This document shows, one piece after another, positions 11,448-26,300 of a stretch of 64,000 nucleotides of DNA; position 1 is the stretch's first letter, and the number at the start of each line of letters is the position of its first letter. The position numbers and the translations under genes are program-made. Under the pieces are notes generated by a model. It was not told the origin of the DNA, searched no databases, and saw nothing but the letters and a program-made list of their open reading frames with translations. The stretch lies in assembly GCA_951406725.2 (NCBI GenBank), contig OX597821.1, positions 61,442,001 to 61,506,000 of the forward strand, given 5' to 3'. This DNA comes from Octopus vulgaris (lineage: Eukaryota).

Positions 11448-12930
11448 TCCTTCGAACACAGTGTAGGTAAAAATGCACGGGTGTCTTTAGTCATCTGTCA
11501 AGTCACAACAAGGACCTCAGACATATAATTTCCTTAAGATGTGCGCTGTGCCAAATAGCGCTACATTTTGCAAGACATCAATCTTCCAATGGAATTTCCA
11601 GTTGCCTTAAGAAGTCTTGAAGTTTCGATGGAATTGAGTCCAACACTCTATTCACTACTGGTATCACTTTTACATTACACTCTCGCATTCCATACAGTCT
11701 TGCCATTTCCACTTTCAATACGGATTACTTGGTGATTTTTTAAACCTCTTTACTCACAACATTCATATATTTTGGTATGGCTACATCAATGATCTGACAG
11801 TATTTGTCAATATGACAATATTCGGCCGACGGTGTTCGATTACACGATCCGTCGGAAAATCATAGTTCTAGAGTATTGTTACTTTTCCGTCCTCCTGCAT
11901 AACTTTACTTGGTACATGCTCATGCCAATTCTCTCTTACTTCATATTGGTGTTTACGGCATAAGAGCCAATGAAGATGCACACACATTTTGTTTTGGTGG
12001 TGCCTGTATTCCTATTGTGCGAGGCTCTCACATCCACTTACCAAGTGGGTCACACTTTCCACACTGTTTCTACAGTGTGTGCATTTCTGGGTGCCAAACA
12101 TTTTATAGATGTTATACTTCACTGAATTGGTAGCGAGAACCTGATCTTGTGCAGCAATGATCAGGCTTTCGATGGTACGCTTCAAATCACTTCGCTCAAG
12201 CCATGCCCACCATACTGTATTATCTTTAGCGTCATGCGTATTCCTTTCAAACTGTCCATGCATTCTCATTTCAAGAAGATCTTCTTTTCTCTTTTCCTCA
12301 GCTCTTTGGTTAGTTTCTTCCTTGCCCATCATTTCATCTACATCTACACCCATATCTTTCGCGGCATACTGCAGTAGGTCTTCATCTCTATTTATCGAAT
12401 ACTCGGCAATCGTTCTCATTTCACTCCTTATACAATGAACTATACTAATTAGTCCTCTGCCATAATTCTTTTCATATACAGTCTGTATACGTTTGCTTTA
12501 TGGTGTAGCGCCCCCTGAAGCGTCATCAACTTTCTCGTCTTTCTATCCAGTGTTGATATTTCCTCCTTAGTCCATTTGAAGATGGACGCAAGGTATCTGA
12601 CCAGGCAACTGCCCAGATATTCATTGCAGTAATTAAACTTTTGCCATTCAGGTTGGATTTCAACACCATCTTCACCCTTTTTTGATACGCTTCGCTGAAA
12701 TTAACCTTCATTTCTCTGTATTTCTACACAGAGAAATGAAGGTCAATGAACGTTATCCAGCTCCAAAATCGCTAAATATTCATACCCAGTACCGTCGGGT
12801 CACCCATTGTCTCTCCAGATATTAACAGCAATCCAACGCAGGATGCTTTATTCCTCTTTTCATATTAAGTACTAAATATTTGGCAATCCCAAATCCCATA
12901 CTGATGTCCCTCCCACACTTCTGGACGTGT
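11417..12930 (-). mobile_element. Degenerate R4/Dong-like RLE retrotransposon, 3' ~1.5 kb
   Basis: Minus-strand pieces: KRVKMVLKSNLNGKSLITAMNIWAV, MHGQF, LKRTIESLIIAAQDQVLATN, CTHC..VESVTHLVSGC, and RLE remnants. Ends in (TAA)n on the minus strand. Confidence 0.88.
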
Positions 12931-13396
12931 TTTGGTTAAGGAAGCTATCTTGCTGTTTCCAAAGTTTATTTTCTTTTCTCTATTATTAATTTTACTCACG
13001 TCTCTATCTTACTATAAATTGATGATTAAAGAAATCAAACTACGTAAACAAACGGCAGCAAAACCGTTCAGAAATTAAATAACACTAACATATTCAGTAA
13101 CAATAATAAATATAATTCATCCTCGACAATTTTTAGTTTTACCAATTTTGAATATATCGCTCCTGTTTAAAACCTCTTACCTACTTGACAATTGCATTTA
13201 TAGCTCTGCCTTGCAGGGAATTTTACTTATTGGACTCACATTTTTGTGCCCAACGATGTTTTTAAACTTCCATTAACAGCAGCGTATGCAGGTCCTTCCC
13301 GTTTTCTTTCCGCACGGATAAAATTTTCACTATAGACCTTAATGGTCGTAAAGACCTTATATCAGGGGATAGACTAAAAACGGCCTTCATAGAGAA

Positions 13397-13446
<50 letters not shown>

Positions 13447-13488
13447 GAAAAATACAAACTGGGACAAGAATGTAAAACATTTAGAAGA

Positions 13489-13540
<52 letters not shown>

Positions 13541-13589
13541 ATATATATATGTATGTATGTATTATGTATATATGTATGTATGTGTATAT

Positions 13590-13725
13590 GATTGTGTGTC
13601 TGTGTTTGTCACGCACCATCACTTAACAACCGGAATCGATTTGTTGGTTTGCTCGACTAAAGGCGGTGCTCCAGCATGGCCGCAGTCAAATGAGTAAAAC
13701 AAATAAATGAAATAAATGAAAGAAT
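13590..13725 (+). mobile_element. SINE family B 3' fragment
   Basis: GCTCGACTAAAGGCGGTGCTCCAGCATGGCCGCAGTCAAATGA. Confidence 0.8.
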
Positions 13726-14639
13726 ATATATATATATATATATATACATATAAATCTTTAATCACTGGTTTTAAAAATAGCTTGATATAACTTCATATAT
13801 ATAATGCATTAATATTTAAATTAAAGTTAATATTTTAAATATTTTAAATTTTGAAATTTATAATGCATTAACATCTATATTGAGCGGTGTATTGGAATAT
13901 TTTCCACTAAAATGCATTTCAAGCTCCTCAAACATGAAGATTTACATTATACTAATTTATGATATCGTTATTTACAAAGAAAGAAAAAAAAATGAGGCAA
14001 CATAAGAGAAATACATAATATTAGCATCAAGCTATGATGTAAGATTATTTGACAGCTTGAGCTTACAAAATAGTGGAGCTGCTAATATTCCTTTGGAATC
14101 TAAGGCAAATAGTAATTAAACTTAGGATCCCAATAAATATCAATAAGAAAATCCTGATGGATATACATTCATTCCATCATCATGTGGAAACATAAAAGCT
14201 GTATTCAAAGACATAATAAGTCATTGAGTATGCCAAATATATAAATATTTTCGGTAACATACTTCGAAATATGATTCTGTGTACATTTGTATGACATCGC
14301 AATTAAATATTGAATAGCTGAAGAAATTGTCTCCCCTCTGGTGCTAATATGTCCATTAAAAACATCGCATATGCATATTTTCATTGCGACTGGAAACATA
14401 AATAGCTGCATTACGATTCCGTGTGTGATTGTGTACATGTACATATATATGTATATGAGTATCTTTGAGTAAACTCATAAATATCATGTATATATATATG
14501 AACGTATATGCGTAAATATATATAGATTTATATTTGTGCGTATATATATTTTACTTTATTTAGATGAAGCACATCTACTTGCATTTATATATATATATGC
14601 ATTTATATATATATATGGATATATATATATATTATAATA

Positions 14640-14714
<75 letters not shown>

Positions 14715-14757
14715 GATATATATACATATATGTATAAATGTGTCAATTTACATTCAT

Positions 14758-14803
<46 letters not shown>

Positions 14804-15244
14804 TGTGTGTGTTTGTGTGATTGTGTGTGTGTGTGTGCGTGTGTGTGTGTGTGTGTGTATAACATGTAATTGAAGTGTATCAAATGCCTTACCTTACATC
14901 AAATTTCATAAAAGAAGAAATATAGAAACAAACCACATTATGCAATAATCTATTACATTATTAAAGCAGTATCCAATGCAAAAAGCACTTGAAATTCAGA
15001 GATAAAGAATAACCCTATATATTCGTAACCAATGTAAACGTTCCCACGATAAAAATCACGCCAATCGTTAAAATATGTGTTCACTCTTAATGCATAAATC
15101 TAATCGTAGACACATTATAAATATAAGTCAAATCATTTTCAATGTTAAAAATTCACTTCATCTGTTCGTCATAAAATTTAACTTCAGTATTAAGTGTAAA
15201 CGTTGTAACGAACATTGCGTTACTTTAAGAAAGTGACTGAATAT

Positions 15245-15460
15245 CGATTTCAAAATCTGGCACAAGGCCAGAAATTTTGTGGGAGGCGCAAGTCGATTAG
15301 GTCGAACCCAGTACTCAATTGATGCTCATTTTATCGACTCTGAAATGATGAAAGGCAAAATCGACCTCGGTAGAACTTGAACTCTGAATATGAAGACGGT
15401 CTAATTGCCGCTATGCATTGCACCCGGAGTGCTAACGATCTTGCTAGCTCGCCACCTTAA
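15245..15460 (-). mobile_element. SINE family A
   Basis: Reverse complement of the head (GCTAGCTCGCCACCTT) and central domain (TTTATCGAC..GATGAAAGGCAAA.TCGACCTCGG). Confidence 0.8.
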
Positions 15461-17545
15461 AGGTGATTGAATATTAAAATGCAATTCATACAGGATGCTA
15501 ATATCAAAACAAATCCCATTAAGTGAACATTTAGACCTATGTGATAATAAAGTGAGTACAAATATAGAAACAACCATAATCATATGGCACTATCGTAAGT
15601 AAAAAGTAGCTACAGGAGCCTTAATTTTCGGGAAATTTTCAGCCATAATATCATTTGGCCTGATATGCGTATATGACGCGCAATCTTTTGTGACATAACA
15701 AATTCACTGGATTCGCAATGTTTTAGCTTCTATCATTTATACAACTATCATTAATACACTTACGTGATTCTCTGAGTTCAAAAGGAACTGCATTTAAATA
15801 GTGGACAAAACCTCAAAATTCTCGCCGTAAACGGGGGACTCAGATGCGGCATAGTTGCAGGTATTAACCTAATAGCCAACCACAGGAACCATGAAATTAC
15901 AAGACTGTAAATAGATGGAAAGAAGCCCCTGTAAGGCCTCAATCTACATTTTAAAATTTTATACATACGTATATTATATAAGTTGTGCAATTTAAGAAAA
16001 GTTTGAAAGGAAGACAGTTAATGCTGTGCAGAAAACTTTTAGTATGATTAACGCAATTGGATTAAAATTCTTCCAAGTAGTATGTGAGCCATCTGTAAGG
16101 GCTAATTTTAGATTTTTGTATACGTCTAAGTAATAGTATGGATGATATGCAGTTGGCCAAAAGATTTTCTTTAACATGCAAGGTGATATCTATATACACT
16201 TATATACTTGACGAAAGCTTACACATCTACGCTCGTTTGTATATGGTACTCTGTATCTAAACGCATAACACAGATACATACATATGAGAAAATTGATCCA
16301 CCCGAATATGAGTGTCCGGCAAAAGCGAAATCAGAGATTCTTTGCGCAAACAATAAAATCTAAAGAATATTAATTCTACTGTAACCTTTGTAGTTGCTAT
16401 TATATCTACTTTGTATTGCTAGTCTCTTTATAATTCTGTTCAAAAGTTTTCCTGTATTTACGTGTGTATATATGTGCATTTACCTGCTTGTTTATACGTG
16501 TATATGTGTTTTTATGTAAGTGTGTGCCTCTTAAGCTTTATCTGGTCTAAACCGCAATGTGTTTTCTTATGTTTAAGAGGTTTCTATAAAATTTATTCAA
16601 ATTAGACAAATACCGTTCGATAAAATATATGCCAGAACAATGTGATGCACATGAAGAATTTATTTTAGCATTGTCAGAGCACCAGGTTTGGAACATCTAA
16701 AATAAAATAAAATAAAATAATAATATTGCGTCCAAACATATAAAGGTTATTACTGATAAATAGCAAAAAGTGAATATAGAAAAGCGCAAATTAACACAAG
16801 CCATTCGAGGGTAAAGCGATTGTAAAATAATAGCATGGAATACTAATTTAGGTGATCTCATTTATATAATATTTGGAATCTTTAGGAGTATAAACGGCAA
16901 CATACAGGTTATTATGTTGTATAGTGTTTTTAAAACGGTCTATGCAATTTAGGAAGCCTTCAAAGGAAAATGTAATAGACTCGCATTTAATGGTCATAAA
17001 ATCAAACTTATTTTTTAGGGAATTTGATCTAAACTGATATTTAAAGATTTAAAAAGAACAGAAAAATGTAGAATGAGAATGTGCGTAACAAAACAACAAA
17101 AAAATGTATTATTGACTAACTGACAACAATATCACAAAATCAATATTAAAATGAATTTTGGGCAATAAGCTTAATACACATCAATGAGAAATTAATGGTG
17201 CAAATTAAGGAAATATTGGTGTTTTAATTAATGCAGAAACACACGTAACTGTTTGTCGTAAAACGCAGTGAATAAAACTTGCAAATAATATTTCTGAGAG
17301 AGTTCCGAAGGTGTGATGTTTCAATAGAATAACCGCTTTATACTTCACGTTATATATGTAACAATTTCGTTATGTAATATGAATATAATAAACCTTTATG
17401 AAAATAAATATTCATAGAACCATTATATAATCATTATATAGTACAAACATTTCATACGAATGACGTAAGTTCGTTTGGAAAATATAATTAGCAAATATAC
17501 TATAATTCAACCAACGGTGTATTTATTGGTGTTTGTGTGTGTGTG

Positions 17546-17581
<36 letters not shown>

Positions 17582-18104
17582 TATGTTTGTATTCACGTGA
17601 GCGAACGCGAGTGTAACCGCATTTTTCCTTATGTTTTACACAAAATGGCGGCTATAATTTTAGTGTTACGTTCAAACCTGAATGTAGAAACTGCTAAAAT
17701 AAAGACGTACCTCACAGAAACACGCACTAGAGATTGAATGTTGTGCTTCACATCGAATTACTAAAGGAATTACTATAGAGGCAAACAGAAGCACATGGAT
17801 GCAAATAAAAAGCTGTTCTTTAATGAACGATTATTTTAGTGAATATCTAGTAGAAACAATTGAACATGTGCACATGTATGAAACTCTAATTGTGACTCAC
17901 GCAATCGTTGAAGAAGTAGCAGCTGCTGCTCGTTTTTCTTAAATGCAAGCGACGGAATATGGAAGAACTCGTCATGAGCTGGAAATGATCAGTCAAATCT
18001 GATTGATATCTATGTGGTTTCAGAATACTATTTTGAATGTCAGCAGTAAAAGTCTGTTTATTAAGATTATATCTATAAAGTTGTCTCCCTATTTTATCTT
18101 TGTA

Positions 18105-18161
<57 letters not shown>

Positions 18162-18807
18162 GGTGTATTATTTACGGATACACACACGCACACAGAAATA
18201 TACACATACATATATATACATGATATGCACAGAGGGACGATGAGTCAGAGAAAGAGTGAGTGAGTGAGAGAGAGAGGGGGGGAGAAAGAGAGAGACGGAG
18301 AAAAGATAGAGAGATTCCAAAAGACAGAGAGAGATTGAACTTAATATTTAGAAAGAAATCGTTATTGGAAAATTGTATATTCGATAAAATTAACAAGTGT
18401 ATACAGATAGATTTTGCGTCACAACAAATTTCAGGTAACTTGCAATAATTATTAATGGTGTAGGGCTTTTACAGTTAATGAGGTGTCTAGCTGATAGCTG
18501 CATTAAAGCTATTTGATTAATTGAACTTACATTATTTGATTAACCTATTATACGATTACTAAATAATAAATCATATGCTGACTGATTACCGAACTATGAT
18601 TTAAGAGAATTTTCATGATAATTGCTATCAGCAGGAAAGAGAATATGATTCGTATTTAACAATTTCGGTTATTAATTGCGATTGAATAATAGTTTAGTAA
18701 CGTGGGTCACATTATAGTTAATTCACAGTGAAATATTTACGTTACTTACACTCATATTAACACATCAAGAGTGTCAAATAGTTTATATAAACACACGCAA
18801 GCCATAG

Positions 18808-18891
<84 letters not shown>

Positions 18892-19254
18892 ATATATATA
18901 ATTATATATCTGTGTATGTATATATACACATATGGTATTCATAACTGTACAAATAACCGCCTTATACAGAGTACGGAATGTCATAGCAATAAAAGTGAAG
19001 GCAATTTTCCGACCTTCCAGGCAAATTTTAGATTGTTTACTAATGAGCTTCTATAATATGCATTGAACATTTCCATGCAAATTACTCTATCACCAGTAAT
19101 ATGCATAAGACTACACACATATACAAAAGAGAGAATATTTGCTCATCAGATAGTGCTAGCTACATTATACTGAGCATACTAAAAGGTTTTTTTCCTATTA
19201 TTTGTAGCATGATAGCTGAGTCATTACCGTGCCAGAACAAAATGATTATCTGTA

Positions 19255-19420
19255 TAACCTTCAGTTATTTAAGCTCAAAGTTCAAATAGTGCCGAGGTCG
19301 AATTTTCCATTCATATTTTCGGGGTCGGTAAAATGAATACCAATTAAATAAGGAGGTCAATATAATCGATGTGTCCAGTAATCTAAGATTCCTGCTTTGA
19401 TGCACTCATGTTAAAATTTG
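19255..19420 (+). mobile_element. SINE family A fragment
   Basis: AGTTCAAATAGTGCCGAGGTCGA..TTTCGGGGTCGGTAAAATGAATACCA. Confidence 0.65.
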
Positions 19421-19682
19421 AAGCGATTACCGCTACGAAGTGGTAGAAAGAAACGCATTACTTCAAAAGGTAGATGCGTCTTTTTATTTGAACATTTCGG
19501 GTAGAGGCCTGACTGGTTTCAGGATTTCTTTACAAACGCACGGCCACACATATCCATAGTTCTCACCAGATTCTTAACATATTTCTTTCAGTTAGAATTT
19601 ACTTGAATACTTGGTGACTACTGACAGGTTTGCCGTTTACAATCAGGCTCAACATAAATAACAAGCATTCAGAGATTCTCCA

Positions 19683-19734
<52 letters not shown>

Positions 19735-20153
19735 CAGACAGAAAGGGAGGGTGAGAAAGATCGAAAGAGAGAGAGAGAGAGAGAGAGAGAGACGGATGGA
19801 AGATAAAAGAGTATGCGCAAGAGAGATGGGAAGGTCAGAGTGTCACAAAAAAGAATATGGGTGCATTGGACACGATCTTATGATTTGACAGGAGAGTCGT
19901 GCGGAAAACACGGCGTAATATTTTGCCGACAAAATGTAAAGGTACACACACACACACACACACGCACACACGCACACATACACACACACACATACACACA
20001 CACACACAGTCACACATACACACACATACACGCACACACACGCCATCGCATACACGAATATATATATACCTACACATATACATATATTTATACATAAAAA
20101 CGTACATACATATACGTACGTACATACATACATACATACATATATATACATAT

Positions 20154-20209
<56 letters not shown>

Positions 20210-20404
20210 CACTAAGACACACACGTACACGGTCAATATATAGATGTACATCAATATCAATTGTCACTATCTTTAAATTAATATCTAAATATTCTCAGAG
20301 ACATCCTGAAACATCAATAACATGTGTAGTTTACAATCTAAGTTAAAGATATACACGCACACATATATGGCACCGTAGTTTTTACTTTGTTGTGGCTATA
20401 GCTT

Positions 20405-20625
20405 TATCATTTATTGATTTCAGTCATTGGGATGCGGTCGAGCTGCAGCACCTCCTCCGAGTGTTTTCTTCGAAGTCTTGACTACATTACGTATGCTCTT
20501 TTTTCCCACTTTTACTAAAATCTGGTACTAATTCTATCAGTTCCGCTAATTGACTGCAATATAAACAAAATAACACATTTTTGCGAAGCGGTGTGACGTG
20601 ATAAAGACACAAATACATACACACA
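20405..20625 (-). mobile_element. SINE family B, degenerate 3' part
   Basis: TTTCAGTCATTGGGATGCGGTC..GCAGCACC resembles the family B 3' end. Confidence 0.55.
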
Positions 20626-20649
20626 CATTATGCAAGTATGTACGGACGC

Positions 20650-21000
20650 ATATATTATTATCATATTTTTTCCTTCTTTCTTAAAATTTTCTTCTATTTT
20701 CGCCCAGTGTTATCCGTACACCTAGGGCAGAGAAGCTCATTGTATGCATTCCCAGATTACACACGCAAAACGACACGTAAAATATGTATTTAAATAAACA
20801 AATATATTCATGACTGAATGTTATTTTCACAGCGATAAAGCTCTTCTCAGTACATGAGTCGTTCCAGTTAACACGATGTTTTGCACTTCCTGTAGGGATG
20901 GTAAACTTGGTATCATTTTCAAATAGATTTCAGTACCTTCTTTTTTATCGTTCCTAGAGATCATACAACCACTGGTACTGTAGTCGCCTTGAGATGGTTT
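20650..21000 (-). mobile_element. R4/Dong-like RLE element, extreme 3' end
   Basis: Minus translation HLKATTVPVVV*SLGTIKK/GTEIYLKMIPSLPSLQEVQNIVLTGTTHVLRRALSL*, homologous to the C-terminus at 810-973. Short TAA tail at ~20652. Confidence 0.82.
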
Positions 21001-21033
21001 TTTTCCATGGGCGCATATAAGTATTCCATTTAT

Positions 21034-21360
21034 TTCTATTCGAATTTTCTCCTGACGAGGAAAAAATATATTATCAGATTAATTCCGAAATTGATTCAAT
21101 ATATAAATAACGAATTAAAAAAAATTTTTATTGGGTAGCTTTCTTCGATTTCAGCACAACGTACTTCTGTAGTGGATATATAATAATATGTGGAAATTGA
21201 CGATTTAAAAGTCTGTTATCAGCATATTGGGATAGAAATAATTTTCTTTCGCCCTTGTTTATAAGTTGTTTATAATTTTAACCTTTAAAGGTATTTTAAT
21301 ATGCTGCCACTCTTTTGATGAAATTTATTTCTGTAAAAAAACTTCATCCTATATTAGTAG
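21034..21360 (+). mobile_element. Penelope-like pLTR element with degenerate hammerhead, ending in (TAG)n/(TA)n
   Basis: CTGACGA (21052-58)-GGAA..TTCC-GAAA (21087-90); the 3' 160 bp is shared with 8041-8269. Confidence 0.6.
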
Positions 21361-21362
21361 TG

Positions 21363-21401
<39 letters not shown>

Positions 21402-21410
21402 TATATATAT

Positions 21411-21902
21411 ATGAAAAATGCATTAAATACTAAAAAATGTACACGTAGGACTGACACAAAGGGACTCTAATTCCTCATCAGTTACCGACCGACAAACTAA
21501 TACATAGATTCGCGCCTTTAATGATGAGACTGACAAGTTTGCATATCGGCGGCACCCGCATATTTGCGGAGAATTAGGGCTTCAGCAAACAAAACAATAG
21601 AGAATGGACGTACAAAAGTAAACAAATGTAATTTGAAATGTTTGGTGAACACGGATTAATTACAGCATTTCTGTCAAACACTGGTATGATGAGTAATACC
21701 CGTAAAAAAACTTGATTGGATATAGAAACAGAAATAGCCAGAGAGATGATAAATTTTGACCTGCATGCTAAGCGTCCGGTGGCGAAAGACAGAGAGAAGA
21801 GAACATTTGTCACGGGTCACGTGTGGGCAGTAGATAGAAGGGAAGGAGGATAAAAGATCGGGAGGGAGAGGGCGAGAGAGAGCGCGAGCGATAACACCAA
21901 TG

Positions 21903-21905
<3 letters not shown>
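21411..21905 (-). mobile_element. Probable pLTR-type element between (TA)n tracts with half a hammerhead
   Basis: Minus strand CTGATGA-GGAATTAG (21481-21467), but the sequence is cut by (TA)n before any GAAA. Both ends lie in TA tracts. Confidence 0.4.
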
Positions 21906-21986
<81 letters not shown>

Positions 21987-22231
21987 TATATATATATATG
22001 GGTGTGTGTGATTGTGTATAGAAGAATATATTAATAAAAAGAATTCCAACCTTGTCTGATTTTCACGTTTTATTTACAATCTTATAATGATATATTATAA
22101 GATAATATATTATAATTGAATAAAATAAAATGAAATAGTAGAATGTTAAATATTCATTCTGATTGAACTAGTACTTTCATGCATTGAATTCTGCAATCTT
22201 CGGGTTCATGTAGTAGTGTTGACAGTCATGC

Positions 22232-22264
<33 letters not shown>

Positions 22265-22271
22265 TTGTGTG

Positions 22272-22306
<35 letters not shown>

Positions 22307-22307
22307 T

Positions 22308-22355
<48 letters not shown>

Positions 22356-22359
<4 letters not shown>

Positions 22360-22556
22360 ATTAGGGTTCAGCAAAAAAAATTACTTTACCACACACCGAA
22401 CTTTTAGAAATACCAGCCAAAAATTTAGCTATTTCCTATACTATAAGAGTCTTGGAGACTCTTCTTATAGTAGAGGAAATAGCTAAATTCGTTGGCTGCT
22501 ATTTCTAAAAGTTCGGTGTGTGGTAAAGTAAATGTTTTTGCTGAACCTAATTATAT
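22356..22556. mobile_element. Fold-back MITE (~200-bp imperfect palindrome) in TA-rich site
   Basis: TAATTAGG(G)TTCAGCAAAAA..TTACTTTACCACACACCGAACTTTTAGAAATA.CAGCCAA.. is mirrored at 22465-22553; centre AGAGTCT-TGG-AGACTCT. Confidence 0.85.
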
Positions 22557-22658
22557 AAAGTAATGTTTTAAATATACCGTAAATGATCTTTTTACATACT
22601 GAACACTGCTTGGTAAAACTATTAATTACTAATTAATTAATTTTACCCTCATTATTAT

Positions 22659-22727
<69 letters not shown>

Positions 22728-22736
22728 GTATATGTA

Positions 22737-23300
22737 TAAGGGTGACCCAAAAGTAGGTTTACAGTTATCACGTAGGCACTTTAAATTTGTTTTAAAACAT
22801 TTCATTACATTTAAATTTCTATCTTACAATCATATTGTTTATGCACATCTTAAACAGACGATGTTTAATTTCTCAGATGCCCAAAATGTCCTTCAACATT
22901 GCAACATTTTTAAAGCCTCTTCAGAACACTCTGAAACACAGTGCGGTACAAATTCCGATCTACACCAATTTCAGTGAATGCGTCAGAAATGCAAAGTTTT
23001 AATTCATTTTCCTGTTTTGGGATTCTTCTCATAAACCTTGTTCTTTACAACCCCCACCTTTCCCCGCAATTCATTGTTGTCAAGTCAGGTGAATTTGGTG
23101 GCCATTCGATCCTGCCCCGTCTTCCAAACCAACTCTGTAGATAGATTTGATTAAATAAGTCTATTACTGTCAACGCTTAATGTGGAGTTGCTCCATCATG
23201 CTGAAAGATCAGTTTATCATAGTTAGCTTCAGTTCTAAGTTGCGGTACTACCCTGTCACGGAGAATTTCCAACTGTAAGCCTAATTTTTGCCACCCTGTA
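22737..23300 (-). mobile_element. Internally deleted Tc1/mariner-superfamily DNA transposon
   Basis: TIRs AGGGTGACCCAAAAGTAGGTTTACAGTT / AACTGTAAGCCTAATTTTTGCCACCCTGTA with TA flanks. Minus remnants FQHDGATPH and WFGRRGRIEWPPNSPDLT..GVVKNKVY. Confidence 0.88.
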
Positions 23301-26300
23301 TGCATATATATGTGAGTATTAACAGAACAAAAAAGTATATATTATATATACATAAGTATTATCCTAATTGTAAATGAATTTGGAAATCTCGGAGGGAAAT
23401 GAAATACAAAATAAAAATAGGAAGAGATTGAATGAAATAATCTTATGACATAGAAAAACGACTGATTAAAATCAGTCATTTCAGTGCTTTGGTGTTTGAT
23501 TTTAGTGTATTTATGTGTAATAAAGTGTATTTCGTATACAAGCCTGTCACATTTCTTCATATTTATTTTGCCATTAGACATCTGTTTACATCTATAGAAA
23601 AAAGAATGAAAAATGTGATTTAATCTTTATATATTCATTTCATATTCATTTTCTTCGCGTTATTAATTATTTTTCAAAATGCTTCTGTTGAATATTTATT
23701 GTTTTCTTTACAAGTGAGTATAAACTCATAATAATAAATAAGAATATGGCGGTCGCCTTCATAATGACGGCATATATCAACAATTGGTTCATACTAAATT
23801 CAGTTTATTCATTCATTTCGTTTTTCAATGCCAAAAATAGACCAACGGAACAAAAATAACAAAAAAGAACAACAACAGCAAAAAAAAAGAAAACAAAAAG
23901 TAAAAACGAAATTGATTTCTTCCAAGTGTTTCAAGCTCGCTGTCCAATTTCACTCACAGAGAATTACACAATTGTTGTTACAAGTTTCCGAAATAGTCGG
24001 CTTGCCAGTTACTAGTCGTAAATTCAACAGAGATTTTTTACTAGTGTCTCCTTGATATAACGTGCCACTTTAGTATATAATTTATTTGACACAAAAGCTA
24101 TCTTCTGTTCCTTATTGAGCACATACTTGCAATAGAATTCGGCTTACAGATATGTTTCCTCTCGATTAACAGAGTTATGCTGTTGGTGTTGTACAAATGG
24201 CAAAATATAAAAGTATTAGTCATGTGTATTGAATCACCTTGAGTCAGAAAGTGTGCCAGTAATATCAACTTTCCTTGCATGTTCAGTGGTCAATATTTCT
24301 TGTTGTGAAATACGCTTGTTGTGAAAAATGCTGTATAAATCGTAGCGAATACATATCATAGCATAACTGCAGGCAGACATTTTTTTTTATTTCATGCACG
24401 CTCATTCACTTTTAAGGCGATTCTATACTTGTAACACCTTATCTTATTCGATGACTAGCAAATATAATATTCATGCAAAAAAATCGAGTATTTCTTGCAT
24501 CTGGAATTTCAGTGCATTGATTTAATTTTTTTTCATGAAATAAGCTGTGTTTCGTTGCTTCAACTTCTTGAATGGAATTGCCCGAGTTAATTGGATCAAA
24601 GATTTCTTGTTGACGGAATTTGTGAACCTGAAGGCATTCTAAGGAATGATGCTGCATTGTTTTTGCTGAATGAAGAATTGAAAAAAATGGCAAAACGATT
24701 TACATTATCGAATGCACCTGCAGTTTTATCATATCATTTGTTGATATGCATCAATAATACAAACACAAACGAAACATTCTTGTTTTGAGTTTGCAAAATT
24801 ATAGAATCGACTGCGCCTTTGATTACGTATTAATGCCGTGATGTTGCAACTTCGACTAATGAGCTAAGTTCTACCGCCGCGTTGGTTCAGTATGTTGAGA
24901 AGCCATCTATCTAATATACCTGAAAAAACCCCAATAGATCATGCATACATCGAGATCATGCGTGTCGCTGAATATAAAAAAAAATCCTGGTCATTCTTTC
25001 CTCGAAATATGCTTCCCAATATTTTAAAAGTTTTATGAGTGTCTTCATCATTACAAGGTATATCTGTACAGCGCCATCATTGTATGCCGACAATTTATTC
25101 ATTTTAAATTATTTACCGTCTGGTTCTTTGCCAGCATTTAGTCCAATAGAAACATTTTATGATATTTTGCCAGGATAAATTTGTTCATGAACGATTGTAA
25201 ATCATAGTTGTTAGATGAAACCAAATGGAAAATGAAGCGTACGGAAAAATACGGTTTCAAATTTTCTGTTCCATTAGGTGTGACCACTCACTGCATACAT
25301 ATATTATGCAATTTCTGTTTCAGAATCGCAAAAATAAAGTTGCAGGTAGGATGTTGCATCATGAACTGCAGTTGTTACCGATCGAAAACATCTGTTATCA
25401 ACTGATCAGATTGTGAAAAGAAAAAGGCATCTAACAATTGTAGCATTGTATGCTCTCATACAAGCTTGGCCATAACGTTATTGAGTCTCTGGGTGTTTGT
25501 TTGTTCTTGAATGGTTTGCTTTTTGTTAATTTAACGATGAATAGTTGATGTAGTTTATCGGGCACATTCGGTGCTTTTGGATTATGGATTAAACAGTATT
25601 CACAGAAAACACCTACATCAGAAAACATCAACACAATACAAAGATGAGATGGCTTTCGGAAGTATTTCGAATTTATCTAATGCGTGTATGATTTAGTCAT
25701 TCTAAAACACATAAATTTCTGAAGTGCATGGGTGCACAGTCTGAAAGAGAGCTTGCTGAAACCGTTTCATTATATCCCAAGTACCGTCTGGCCGGTCAAC
25801 GAACTGTTTTGGCGTCAGGCACGAAAGGAGAAAAATCAAGGATGGTTTAAGAATAATAGCCTTCATTTAAAGGCTAGGTTTAATTTTTTTGTTTACCACT
25901 TCAGTCTGCATGGTTGGCATTTGTACTATATGTGTTTATTATAACTGCTTATCTTTTGTTTTATTTTATTTATGTCCAGGATCCATGGCAAAAACTACGA
26001 AAAGGCCTCGGGCCTATTTTTTAAATTTCCTTCTATTAATGCACCTTGTTATGGAATTGCTGAGCAAGAAGTGACTTTTACACTGATATGAGATTTTGAA
26101 TCATCTCTTCCGTCCCTGCCCTTTACAACTGGGAAGTGTCATTTATGTTTCTAGAGTATATAATTTCTTGTGAGTAAAATGGTTTTCTTCTGTACGATTG
26201 GTCAAATAGGTTTTCCAAATTTTCGCTATGTTTTTGAAATTATACCGGGTATGTTAAATATTTTACCCAGAGGTTTGAAATATTATTACATTTTGTGGCT

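Noticed and set aside
17642-17653. YY1-like AAAATGGCGGC motif (also AAGATGGCGG at ~51257)
   Set aside because: An isolated motif without other promoter or exon evidence is insufficient to call a promoter.
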